Shown: positions 1-8,001 of the stretch, piece after piece | How positions within the stretch are numbered: the stretch's first letter is position 1 | Layout of the letters: every line of letters begins with the position of its first letter | Notes under the pieces: generated by a model | Told to the model about the DNA's origin: nothing | Seen by the model: only the letters and a program-made list of their open reading frames with translations | The model's database searches: none | Position numbers and translations under genes: made by a program | From: a virus | Lineage: Duplodnaviria > Caudoviricetes | Strand: one strand, 5' to 3' | DNA length: 32,610 nt | IMG/VR virus record: IMGVR_UViG_3300034523_000144 | Span: 1 to 32,610 of that record

Positions 1-183
1 CATGGAAAACCGGGCGAAAAACGCCCTCGATGAACACTGCATCAGGTCGTTTTGAGCAAATAGCGCTGCGTGCCGTGCAAATTACGACTTGCGGCCGCCG
101 CGCAGCAAGTTGATCGGAGCATCCCTAACTCCTTTCCGCTACCGCGCCAATAAGCGCGGCATGTTTCTTTGCGAGAATAAAAA

Positions 184-288
184 ATGAATGTACTGATTCT
201 TCTGATGGCGACTGTCGAGTTTCTTATCAAACTGACCGAGCTGTTGCAGCTTTGGGGCATCGGGTGTCCTGGGTTCGCACCGTGGTGA
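184..288 (+). CDS. Candidate small hydrophobic peptide, 34 aa (MNVLILLMATVEFLIKLTELLQLWGIGCPGFAPW)
   Basis: Manual translation: ATG 184, TGA 286-288; weak GAGA SD; stop abuts the methyltransferase stop. Confidence 0.3.
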   Translation: MNVLILLMATVEFLIKLTELLQLWGIGCPGFAPW

Positions 289-1083
289 TCAGAACAACCC
301 GCCCAACGCTTTCGGCTCCCAATTCATGATCACCAGCTCGCCACTGACTTCGGCCTTCCCCTGCCGCTGGTTAGTCGTGGTGTAGCGAATGTCCAAAATC
401 TCGAAGTGGAAGCCCTCGAATACACGGCGGATGTCCGGATGATCGTTGATACTAACCATCACCTTGCCTTTGCAGCGGCGCATGAAGCTGGCCATCCGTT
501 CGTAGTTCTCGAATGGAAAGTCCACGCCATAGCCGGCGGTCTGCCAGTAGGGCGGATCCATGTAGTGGAAGGTGTGGGCGCGGTCGTAGCGTTCAGCGCA
601 TTCAAGCCAGGGGAGGTTTTCGACGTAGGTCCCGGACAGGCGCTGCCATGCAGCCGAGAGGTTTTCCTCAATGCGCAGCAGGTTGATGGCCGGGGCAGTG
701 GTCGCCGTGCCGAACGTCTGACCGGAGACCTTGCCGGCGAAGGCGTGGTGCTGCAGGTAAAAGAAACGGGCGGCGCGCTGGATGTCGGTGAGGGTTTCGG
801 GGCGGGTCATTTTCTGCCATTCGAACACCTGCCGCGAGCTGAGCGCCCATTTGAATTGGCGCACGAATTCTTCAAGGTGGTTCTGCACAACGCGGTAAAG
901 CGTGACCAGGTCGCCGTTGATGTCGTTCAGGACTTCGACCGGCGATGGCTGGGGCTTCATGAAGTAGAGCGCGGCACCGCCGGCAAAGACTTCAACGTAG
1001 CATTCGTGTGGCGGAAAAAGCGGAATGAGGCGGTCGGCCAGGCGGCGTTTGCCGCCCATCCAAGGGATGATGGGTGTAGACAT
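289..1083 (-). CDS. Orphan DNA adenine methyltransferase (D12/Dam family)
   Basis: N-terminal PWMGGKRRL, SAM-binding motif VEVFAGGAA, LNDIN and catalytic YMDPPY; ATG at 1083. Confidence 0.93.
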   Translation of the reverse strand: MSTPIIPWMGGKRRLADRLIPLFPPHECYVEVFAGGAALYFMKPQPSPVEVLNDINGDLVTLYRVVQNHLEEFVRQFKWALSSRQVFEWQKMTRPETLTDIQRAARFFYLQHHAFAGKVSGQTFGTATTAPAINLLRIEENLSAAWQRLSGTYVENLPWLECAERYDRAHTFHYMDPPYWQTAGYGVDFPFENYERMASFMRRCKGKVMVSINDHPDIRRVFEGFHFEILDIRYTTTNQRQGKAEVSGELVIMNWEPKALGGLF

Positions 1084-1100
1084 AAAAAGCAAGACCTTTA

Positions 1101-1116
1101 CTGTATGGATAAACAG
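1101..1116. promoter_or_regulatory. LexA (SOS) box CTGTATGGATAAACAG
   Basis: Matches CTGT-N8-ACAG with an AT-rich core, preceded by TA; intergenic. Confidence 0.85.
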
Positions 1117-1132
1117 GTGCTAGGCTCGCCGC

Positions 1133-1234
1133 GCTTTGTGCACGGAGCAAGAGCCTTGGCTGGACTTGCAGGGATCATCTGCAGGGACGGCGGTCGATCC
1201 GGATGTTGACGCATCCGGAACGGCCGCTCTTTTT
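1133..1234 (+). ncRNA. Candidate ~100-nt small RNA antisense to the methyltransferase leader
   Basis: Extended -10 TGcTAGGCT at 1118-1126; hairpin 1190-1227 followed by TCTTTTT on the + strand. Confidence 0.4.
1190..1234 (+). terminator. Intrinsic terminator-like hairpin (+ strand U-tract)
   Basis: GCGGTCGATCCGGATG-TTGACG-CATCCGGAACGGCCGC followed by TCTTTTT. Confidence 0.6.
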
Positions 1235-1776
1235 CACTTCGGTGTCGAGACTTCTTTGGCGTATGCCTGACAGGCCGCGAGGGCAATCAGCCCCCGGTCG
1301 CCGTCATCGGTGACGCCGATAATTCGTTGAGCATGCGCTGGGTCAAGTTCGGCTCTTGTGGAGCCATGAACCACGCCGCCGGTGGCGGTGGTGGCTGACA
1401 ACGATCCTTTGCCGGCGCCGGTGGTGGCGTCGAGTAGGACTGACAGGCGCAGATCAGCAGTGGCAAGGCGGTCGCGCAGGCGACCTTGATCACGTTGGGC
1501 ATCACTCAAGGCTCGGTAATGGGTTTGTTCGCTGGTAGCCAGGCGCTGCTCGAGCGCAAAGCGTTTGTCCTGTTCGGCACGCTGCTGCGCAACCGTGGCC
1601 AGGGCCAACTGGTTAAAGGTTTCGCTGTGGAGTCGGGCCTGCTCTGCGAGCTGTTTGCCGTAGCGCCAATCCTGGACTTGCCAAGTAATGGCCGCAGAAC
1701 CACCGACCAAGACGACCAGCACCAAGCCCTTGGCCACCAACCGATATGGTGCCGGGATCAGTTCGCCGAGACGCAT
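1234..1776 (-). CDS. Rz-like i-spanin
   Basis: N-terminal TM segment (LVLVVLVGGSAAITWQVQDWRYG), coiled coil, LAACQAY C-terminus; follows the endolysin; ATG 1776. Confidence 0.88.
   Translation of the reverse strand: MRLGELIPAPYRLVAKGLVLVVLVGGSAAITWQVQDWRYGKQLAEQARLHSETFNQLALATVAQQRAEQDKRFALEQRLATSEQTHYRALSDAQRDQGRLRDRLATADLRLSVLLDATTGAGKGSLSATTATGGVVHGSTRAELDPAHAQRIIGVTDDGDRGLIALAACQAYAKEVSTPK
1287..1505 (-). CDS. Rz1-like o-spanin lipoprotein nested within Rz
   Basis: Signal peptide with lipobox-like LICAC, Pro-rich mature part (PPPAP, PPPPPAAW), different frame fully inside Rz. Confidence 0.85.
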   Translation of the reverse strand: MMPNVIKVACATALPLLICACQSYSTPPPAPAKDRCQPPPPPAAWFMAPQEPNLTQRMLNELSASPMTATGG

Positions 1777-2321
1777 AACACCGCCCTCGCCCGCCCCCAC
1801 AACTCCAGCCGATCCTGCAGGCCATTGAGGCCGCCGTTGATCCTTCGGGTGATCGTGTTGAATTCGTTTTGATCGGCCAGCGCGTTCAACCCATTCACTG
1901 ACCAGAACCATGCGGCCGACTCAGCGGCCCACTGCGGCAGCTCCAGCAGCTCAGGCGTACGCAGCAATCGCTCGTCGCCGAACAGTGCCAAGCTGCAGCG
2001 CAGGTAGTTGTCGTGGCCGGTCACCTGAATCAGCCCGCGACCGCGATAGCGCTGGCCATCACCATCCGCTGCCGGCGTGTTGCCCAGTTTCGCAGCCAGG
2101 CTGCCGGTGTCGTATTTGCTCAGGTACTGGTCGCCGCCCAGTTCTCGAACGTATTGCAGCTGACCCGACTCGTGTCCGACTTGCGCTAGGAACGCGGCTT
2201 GGCGTTTCGGCGTATTGATCTGTCGATGGGCCATAGCTGCATTGAGGGCGGATACAAAAACGCCCGCTTGGCGGCGGGCGTTGGGCATGATGCTTTGCAG
2301 TTGCTGTTCTGTCAGTGACAT
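1758..2321 (-). CDS. Endolysin, glycoside hydrolase family 19
   Basis: AAFLAQVGHESG, YRGRGLIQVTG, AAWFW and TRRINGGLNG motifs. Confidence 0.95.
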   Translation of the reverse strand: MSLTEQQLQSIMPNARRQAGVFVSALNAAMAHRQINTPKRQAAFLAQVGHESGQLQYVRELGGDQYLSKYDTGSLAAKLGNTPAADGDGQRYRGRGLIQVTGHDNYLRCSLALFGDERLLRTPELLELPQWAAESAAWFWSVNGLNALADQNEFNTITRRINGGLNGLQDRLELWGRARAVLCVSAN

Positions 2322-2354
2322 CGGTGTCTCCTTAAGTTTTTGGAAGTGGTGCTA

Positions 2355-3404
2355 CTACTGCAGCTGAACGACCTTCAGATCCTTCGCCGCTTTTTTCTTC
2401 CTGCCTTTGGCTTTTGCCTTGCCCTTCTTGCCGCCGTTGCACTCAACCGTGGTGCTCCAGCCGGACTGGGTAAACACCTGCTCAACTGAATCAACCAGGT
2501 ATTCGCCATCGAGCCCGACCTTGAAGCCCTGGGCGTTGATCGAGCGCTCGGCGAACAGATCGGTACGCCCAGCCATTTCCAGCCGGACGCCGGCAGTGGA
2601 GCGGTTAAACGCCGAGAGACGTGCCTGGGCTGCCGCTTCGGCGGCTGACTTGTTCGGGTAGATATGGCGGTCGGTGTGTACTGGCGGCAAACCGTCGGGT
2701 GATTCGTCGTTATCCAGGGTGACCACGGCGAGCTTTCCGGTTTTCTTGTCCTGGTGCTTGGTCGATACCGCCTTATGCGTGTTGCGATCACCGAGCCGGA
2801 ACTGGAAGCGGCTGACGTCCCGCCGCTGAATCGTCACCACGCCAAATGCCTTGCCCGAGGCGCTCTGCCCCGCTTGCCGTGGCATCACCAGCAGCTTGCC
2901 GTCGGCGACCTTGGCCGTGCAGTCGTACTGCTTGGCCAGGCGCGTGATGAAATTGAAATCCGATTCGCTGAGTTGATCAGCGCGGGGCACCTTGGTCTGC
3001 ACCGGGCAGACCGCCTGCCAGCCATTGCGTGCGGCAACATCGGTGACGATCCGTGACAGTGGCACGTTCTCCCAACTGCCGCTGCGAGTGGTCTTGCCGC
3101 TGCCGCGCATGTCGCTGGCCTTACCGGTGATCACCAATGTATCTGGTGGACCGGACAGCTCGATCTCGTCGACGACATAGCGGCCGATACGGGTGAGCGA
3201 CGTTTCGACGTAACCCAGGAAGATCTCGATGCTGGCCCCGCGTGGAGGCAACACCACAGCGTCGTCGCGGTCGTCGATGCGCAATTCGAACTCGTCGGAT
3301 TCCATGCCGGGCTTGTCGGTGGTCTTGAGCTGCAGCAGCCGATCATTGATCAGCTGGGTGATGTCGGCGCCGTCGGCCACGACGCGAAAGATTGGGGTCA
3401 TCAT
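2355..3404 (-). CDS. Baseplate hub / late control protein (P2 gpD family)
   Basis: MTPIFRVVADG start, DQLSESDFNFITRLA motif; position after gpX. Confidence 0.9.
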   Translation of the reverse strand: MMTPIFRVVADGADITQLINDRLLQLKTTDKPGMESDEFELRIDDRDDAVVLPPRGASIEIFLGYVETSLTRIGRYVVDEIELSGPPDTLVITGKASDMRGSGKTTRSGSWENVPLSRIVTDVAARNGWQAVCPVQTKVPRADQLSESDFNFITRLAKQYDCTAKVADGKLLVMPRQAGQSASGKAFGVVTIQRRDVSRFQFRLGDRNTHKAVSTKHQDKKTGKLAVVTLDNDESPDGLPPVHTDRHIYPNKSAAEAAAQARLSAFNRSTAGVRLEMAGRTDLFAERSINAQGFKVGLDGEYLVDSVEQVFTQSGWSTTVECNGGKKGKAKAKGRKKKAAKDLKVVQLQ

Positions 3405-3470
3405 TCCATCCAAAAGAAAGCCCGCACTGGGCGAGCCGATTGAGTCATTGGGCGGTATATCGGAGAGGCA

Positions 3471-3677
3471 TCAGCCCCACAGCATCACCTCGCTGTCATC
3501 GGGCGCCGGCAGATCCGGCAGCTCGATCACGATGCCGGCGCGATACGGTTGCGGCTCGTCGGCCAGGCCCTGATTGGCGTCCAGCACCGCCTCGACCGTT
3601 CCGCTCAAATGCCCGTAGGCGTGGTAGCACAGGGTGTCCAGCAGATCCCCGTCAGACGTTCTGCAGGTCATCGCCAT
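3471..3677 (-). CDS. Tail protein X (P2 gpX, LysM-like)
   Basis: RTSDGDLLDTLCYHAYG...VLDANQGLA motif. Confidence 0.9.
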   Translation of the reverse strand: MAMTCRTSDGDLLDTLCYHAYGHLSGTVEAVLDANQGLADEPQPYRAGIVIELPDLPAPDDSEVMLWG

Positions 3678-4497
3678 AGCGTACAAACTCCAAGGTAAAC
3701 GATTGCTTACGAGGGATACCGCCCTGCAGCAGCGCGCTCTGTTCTTCTTCGACGTTCTTCAAGCACCAGGTGCCGAGCACATCACCATAGCCGGTGGTCA
3801 GGGTCAGAGGCAGGAGCTGGGCACCGAGACTACGCAGGGTATCCAACTGCTTGATCCCACCCTTGAAGCCTGGAAAAATCGCACCCTTGAGGGTGATTTT
3901 TTCCTCACCAATGCCCACCGCCTGCTGCGCCGGCCGCCGAGTCAGGCGTTCCTGCGAGGCCCAGCGATATTCCGTCGAGCGTCGCAGTTCGTCGAAGGCG
4001 GCGGTGTCCAGATTGAAGTAATACGGGACCGCCTTGGGATCCAGTGGCTGTACGATCAGCAGGTGCGGAAACGGCTTCACCGCTTCCGGCATCGGTGTCG
4101 CGTCACCCGCCAGTGAGCCGGTCGGCAGAATGTTCCCCAAGGACGGGCTGAGCTTGCCGGCGATCTTGTTGATCGCGGTGGACGCCCGCGCTGCCTGTTC
4201 CTTGAGTTCGCCCACCCGCTCATCAATCTGCGACACGGCGCGGGTGGCCTTGCTGTAGGTGGCCACCACCTGACCGACCTTGGCCTGCGCGGCGTTGACG
4301 CTGCGCATGACACGCTGCAGCTTTGCACCGACCGCCGGCCCCACGATTGGAATACCTTCCAGCTCCGAGGCCGCGCCGCTGATCTCGCTGATCGCACCGT
4401 TGACCGGTCCCATCATACCGTCGAGGCTACGCCGACCGGTCTCCCCCGCTGCTGCGAGACTTTTCAGGCCCGACTGTAGCTGCTCCATATAGGCCAT
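3652..4497 (-). CDS. Tail protein (P2 gpU family, N-terminally extended)
   Basis: C-terminal RWASQERL...QAVGIGEEKITLKG...FTLEFVRYG; follows tape measure. Confidence 0.88.
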   Translation of the reverse strand: MAYMEQLQSGLKSLAAAGETGRRSLDGMMGPVNGAISEISGAASELEGIPIVGPAVGAKLQRVMRSVNAAQAKVGQVVATYSKATRAVSQIDERVGELKEQAARASTAINKIAGKLSPSLGNILPTGSLAGDATPMPEAVKPFPHLLIVQPLDPKAVPYYFNLDTAAFDELRRSTEYRWASQERLTRRPAQQAVGIGEEKITLKGAIFPGFKGGIKQLDTLRSLGAQLLPLTLTTGYGDVLGTWCLKNVEEEQSALLQGGIPRKQSFTLEFVRYGDDLQNV

Positions 4498-4506
4498 CTT
4501 CGCTCC

Positions 4507-7005
4507 TTAGACATGAGGCTCGTCATATAACTTGCGGTTCTGCAACTGCTGAGTCGCCTGCTGCATCTGCTGCTCGATAAAGGGCCGCAGCTCGCGGGCC
4601 ATCTGCGCCGGATCCTTCGCATCCCCTTGTACGGTGATGTGCAGTGGGGCGGAGATCTCCACCCGTTGCTCGAACTTGGATGGTTCAGACTTAGCCGCTG
4701 CCGGCGGCGGAGCCAACAACGCTGGCACGCTCGGCGGTGCAGGTGTGCTCAAAGAACGCGCCACATCCCCCATCACGGCCGCATCGGCGGCGCGCTCTGG
4801 CAAAAGTGTCTGTAGTACTGAGGGCGTGGCAACGCTCGGACCAGTTGGGCTTGCGGCGGTAGGTGCAAAGGATCGGGCGATGTTGCCTATTACCGGCGGC
4901 AAGTTCTGCCCGGCGTTGGTCATCATCAACGGCCCTGCATCCGGGACTTTCTTTAGCGACTCGTCCGCTCCAAACCACGATTTGCCTAGCGATCCGCCCA
5001 GAGCATCGCCGCCCATGTAACCCAGGTAACCACCGATCACGCCACCGACCAGGTTACCGATGATGGGGATCGCCGTCCCGATAGCAGCACCGGCCGCGGC
5101 ACCGGCCAGTGTGCCGGCCAAACCACCTGCAGCTTGTCCATAACCCTCGGCTTTTTCATCCTGAGTTTCGGCATTTTCATAGGTGTCGTAAGCCTTAAAG
5201 CCAGCCTGGGCAACCGCGAAGATTGCCGGGCCTTTCATGCCATCGACGATCGCGGCACCGCGGCCACCGCCGCCTCTGCCACCACCCCTAGCGCCTTTGC
5301 TTTTCTTGCGATCGCCGTCTGCATCAATACTGCCGCCATCGAGTCCTGTGCCCCCGGCAGGCAAGTTGGTGACAATGACTTTTTGCGGGATGTTTGGATT
5401 GCCCATCAACGTGCCGCGCCCGATATTCATCAGGCCTTTGCCAACCTTGAACGCACTAACCGCCCCCTTCAATGCAATCAAACCGGCGACGGCAGTGCCT
5501 ATACCGAGCGTGACTCGCGGAAACTCGTCGGCGAACTCCGACAGTTTGCGGCTGACATTGTTGATGCCGTCAGCCACCGTATCGGTAACCGGGCGTATTG
5601 CATCCCCAATACTGCGCATTGCGTCGTCCATGCTCTGGGCCATCTCGGACCATTTCTGCGCGGACGTCTGCCGGCGCTCGGCGAGGTTCTTGTCGAGGAT
5701 CCCGGTGGCATCGGCCGAGTCCTTTTTCAGCTGGTTGTACAGATCCTTGTTCTGCATGTACGCGGTCAGCGCTGCCTTGACCTGCATGTCGGCGAACAGA
5801 TCGCCGGTACGCAACGCCTCCTCCAGAGACTTCATCATGGCTTTGGCTTTCTCGGGATCGGCCTCTTTGCTGATAGCCGCCGTCGCCTTAGCCATCTCAG
5901 CCGCCCGCTTCGGATCGGTCGCTTCGATGTACTTCTGGGCCAGGGCAAAACTGGATTCCAGCGTGGATTTGCCATTCTGCAAGCCGGTTTGCATCGAGCC
6001 CTTGTAGTCGATACCAGCCTTCTTGTAAGCATCGACCGTCTCGCCGGAACCGATTTTTTCCATCCAGTTCTTGAGGTTGTTGGCCGCTTCGTCGGAACCG
6101 CCGGCGGTCTTCATCTGCACCTGCAGCATCGCGCCCAGTTGCGTAACCGAGTCCATGCCGGTGATACCGAGCTTGCCCATGCCGGCCAGCAGCTCGGGAA
6201 ACCACTTGGCCATGTCGACCGCTTCAAAGCTACCTGCCTGGCCCTGGTAGGCAATGGCTTCCAGGGCTTTCTCCATCACTTTGGGGTCAGTGATTTTCGC
6301 GTTTTGCCCCAAGGCGTTGATCATCTTCGCTGTTTCAGTGCCTTCAGATCCTTGGCCCACCGCAAATTTGGCTGCGGTCGGTGCATAGGACAGCGCCTTG
6401 TCTAACTCCATACCGGCGCCGACGAGAGCGTTGACCACCTCGGCAACCTGATTACGCGCCATACCCGTATCGCGTGAGGTGTCGATCACAGTCTTGGACA
6501 GCTGTGCCTCTTCCGGCGAGTTGGCAATGTTGGCCTTGATCGCAATGTCCCGGATGATCGCGCCGTAGTCCGCGCTGACCTTGGTCGGGATCGCTGCTGC
6601 CGCCGTAAATGCGCCGGCTTGGCCGATGGTGCTTTTCAGTCCCTGCCGGCCCTCTTCCATTTGCCGATGGCCCAGCGCTTTGAGTTCGGCCCCCGCCGCC
6701 ACGCGTCCCATCGTCGCGTAGGCCTTGCTCAAGCGACCGACCTCAACGCCTTGTTGTTTCAGCAGCGCGAGGTTCTTTTCGTACTTGTTCAACAGCTTAT
6801 CCGCGCCCTCTGCGCCGGCCATGTGTGCCTTGCGCCATTCATCGCGCAGACGCATGGTGTCACCGATGGTGTTCTGCAGGACGCGGGCTTTACTGCCGAC
6901 CGCGTCCAGATGCTTGATCTTGCTTTCGACGTCCTTGAACGCTTTGCCCACCGTCGAATCGACGGCGCCGCCAATGACAAAGCCGAGCGCGAGGTTCTTC
7001 GCCAT
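4507..7005 (-). CDS. Tail tape measure protein
   Basis: 832 aa, Ala/Gly-rich, mostly helical; located after the tail chaperone. Confidence 0.92.
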   Translation of the reverse strand: MAKNLALGFVIGGAVDSTVGKAFKDVESKIKHLDAVGSKARVLQNTIGDTMRLRDEWRKAHMAGAEGADKLLNKYEKNLALLKQQGVEVGRLSKAYATMGRVAAGAELKALGHRQMEEGRQGLKSTIGQAGAFTAAAAIPTKVSADYGAIIRDIAIKANIANSPEEAQLSKTVIDTSRDTGMARNQVAEVVNALVGAGMELDKALSYAPTAAKFAVGQGSEGTETAKMINALGQNAKITDPKVMEKALEAIAYQGQAGSFEAVDMAKWFPELLAGMGKLGITGMDSVTQLGAMLQVQMKTAGGSDEAANNLKNWMEKIGSGETVDAYKKAGIDYKGSMQTGLQNGKSTLESSFALAQKYIEATDPKRAAEMAKATAAISKEADPEKAKAMMKSLEEALRTGDLFADMQVKAALTAYMQNKDLYNQLKKDSADATGILDKNLAERRQTSAQKWSEMAQSMDDAMRSIGDAIRPVTDTVADGINNVSRKLSEFADEFPRVTLGIGTAVAGLIALKGAVSAFKVGKGLMNIGRGTLMGNPNIPQKVIVTNLPAGGTGLDGGSIDADGDRKKSKGARGGGRGGGGRGAAIVDGMKGPAIFAVAQAGFKAYDTYENAETQDEKAEGYGQAAGGLAGTLAGAAAGAAIGTAIPIIGNLVGGVIGGYLGYMGGDALGGSLGKSWFGADESLKKVPDAGPLMMTNAGQNLPPVIGNIARSFAPTAASPTGPSVATPSVLQTLLPERAADAAVMGDVARSLSTPAPPSVPALLAPPPAAAKSEPSKFEQRVEISAPLHITVQGDAKDPAQMARELRPFIEQQMQQATQQLQNRKLYDEPHV

Positions 7006-7041
7006 GTGCGTGCCTTATGCGTCGGAGAGTGCCGTGGTGAC

Positions 7042-7186
7042 TCAATCGGAGAGCCACCACACCATTTCGTTGAAGGGCATGGCCACGATCTCGGCGGCGG
7101 AGAACCCGGTCTCCTTAGCCAAGCGTTTGGCCAGCGTCTTCAGCGTGATTCCGTCACACCTAGTCGTCCGTGACCAAGCGAAAATA
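7042..7186 (-). CDS. E'-like frameshift extension of the tail assembly chaperone (ends LAKRLAKETGFSAAEIVAMPFNEMVWWLSD)
   Basis: Open frame offset +1 from gpE; stop at 7042-7044; resembles the P2 gpE' C-terminus. Confidence 0.7.
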
Positions 7187-7474
7187 GCCGGCCTGCAAAC
7201 GCATGTAGTCGACCATTTTCAGGGCCACCAAATCCGATTCAGAGGTCTGGGTCAGCGAAGCAAACAGCGACAACTCACGCTGCTCGGCATCGCCGTTGGA
7301 GGCTGCCTGCGCGGCGCGCACGTCACGCACGCACGGTGCGCGCATCGACACTACGTCGACGAGGACACCGCTCAGCTCGGTGGGGTATTTAAGGCCAATG
7401 CGAAAACCATCTTCGGTCAGCTCCAGCCACTTCGGCAGCGCTTTAGCGGGTGTTTCTTGAATTGCTTGAGTCAT
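7160..7474 (-). CDS. Tail assembly chaperone (gpE / Mu gp41-like)
   Basis: SMRAPCVRD...DYMRLQAGYFRL; between tube and tape measure. Confidence 0.88.
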   Translation of the reverse strand: MTQAIQETPAKALPKWLELTEDGFRIGLKYPTELSGVLVDVVSMRAPCVRDVRAAQAASNGDAEQRELSLFASLTQTSESDLVALKMVDYMRLQAGYFRLVTDD

Positions 7475-7485
7475 TGCGTATGTCC

Positions 7486-7989
7486 TTAAAGGCCGAGGGC
7501 CGAGCGCTCTTCTGCCAGTTGATCAACACCGTCGACCACGAGCACCATGCCGACCATGTCGATCTCGTAGACCAGCCGACCGCCGACTTCGAGCTTGTAG
7601 TAGGTCAGCGCCATGTTGTGTTTGCTTTCGGCCTTTTCGCCGGCCTTCCAGTCCCCCATGTCGACCTCTTTGAGGCCGCCGCGCATTGTCACGATGACCG
7701 GAGTGACTTTGCCCTTGAGGCCTTTGAACGTGGCTCGGAACACCGCCGTACAAGCGGTGCGGTCGGACAAACCGAACCATTTCAATGCCTCGCGGCGCAC
7801 ACCGTTGGTGGTAAACCCGGCTTCAAGTTTCTCGACACCGGTCGGGATCTCGATCTCGCCCGCCATGCCGCCGCCCCGATAGGTTTCAGTTTTCAGCACG
7901 ACCTTGGGCAGGGTCAGGCTCGGCATGTCGCCGGCAAAACTAACGCCGTCGATAAAGCCGGCGCAGTTGGACAGAACTTCAGGAATCAT
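7486..7989 (-). CDS. Major tail tube protein (P2 FII family)
   Basis: LTLPK...YRGGGM, VDMGDWKAG and YYKLEVGG motifs. Confidence 0.95.
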   Translation of the reverse strand: MIPEVLSNCAGFIDGVSFAGDMPSLTLPKVVLKTETYRGGGMAGEIEIPTGVEKLEAGFTTNGVRREALKWFGLSDRTACTAVFRATFKGLKGKVTPVIVTMRGGLKEVDMGDWKAGEKAESKHNMALTYYKLEVGGRLVYEIDMVGMVLVVDGVDQLAEERSALGL

Positions 7990-8001
7990 CAGGTGGCCTC
8001 C

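Noticed and set aside
406-1209. 267-aa + strand ORF opposite the methyltransferase
   Set aside because: Antisense shadow of a GC-rich gene; no motifs or convincing start
1098-1286. Com-like zinc-finger regulator upstream of the methyltransferase
   Set aside because: The 62-aa ORF lacks paired CxxC motifs and crosses the hairpin and LexA box
5134-6405. Long + strand ORFs (423 aa, 256 aa) within the tape measure gene
   Set aside because: Antisense shadows caused by codon bias; no recognisable domain
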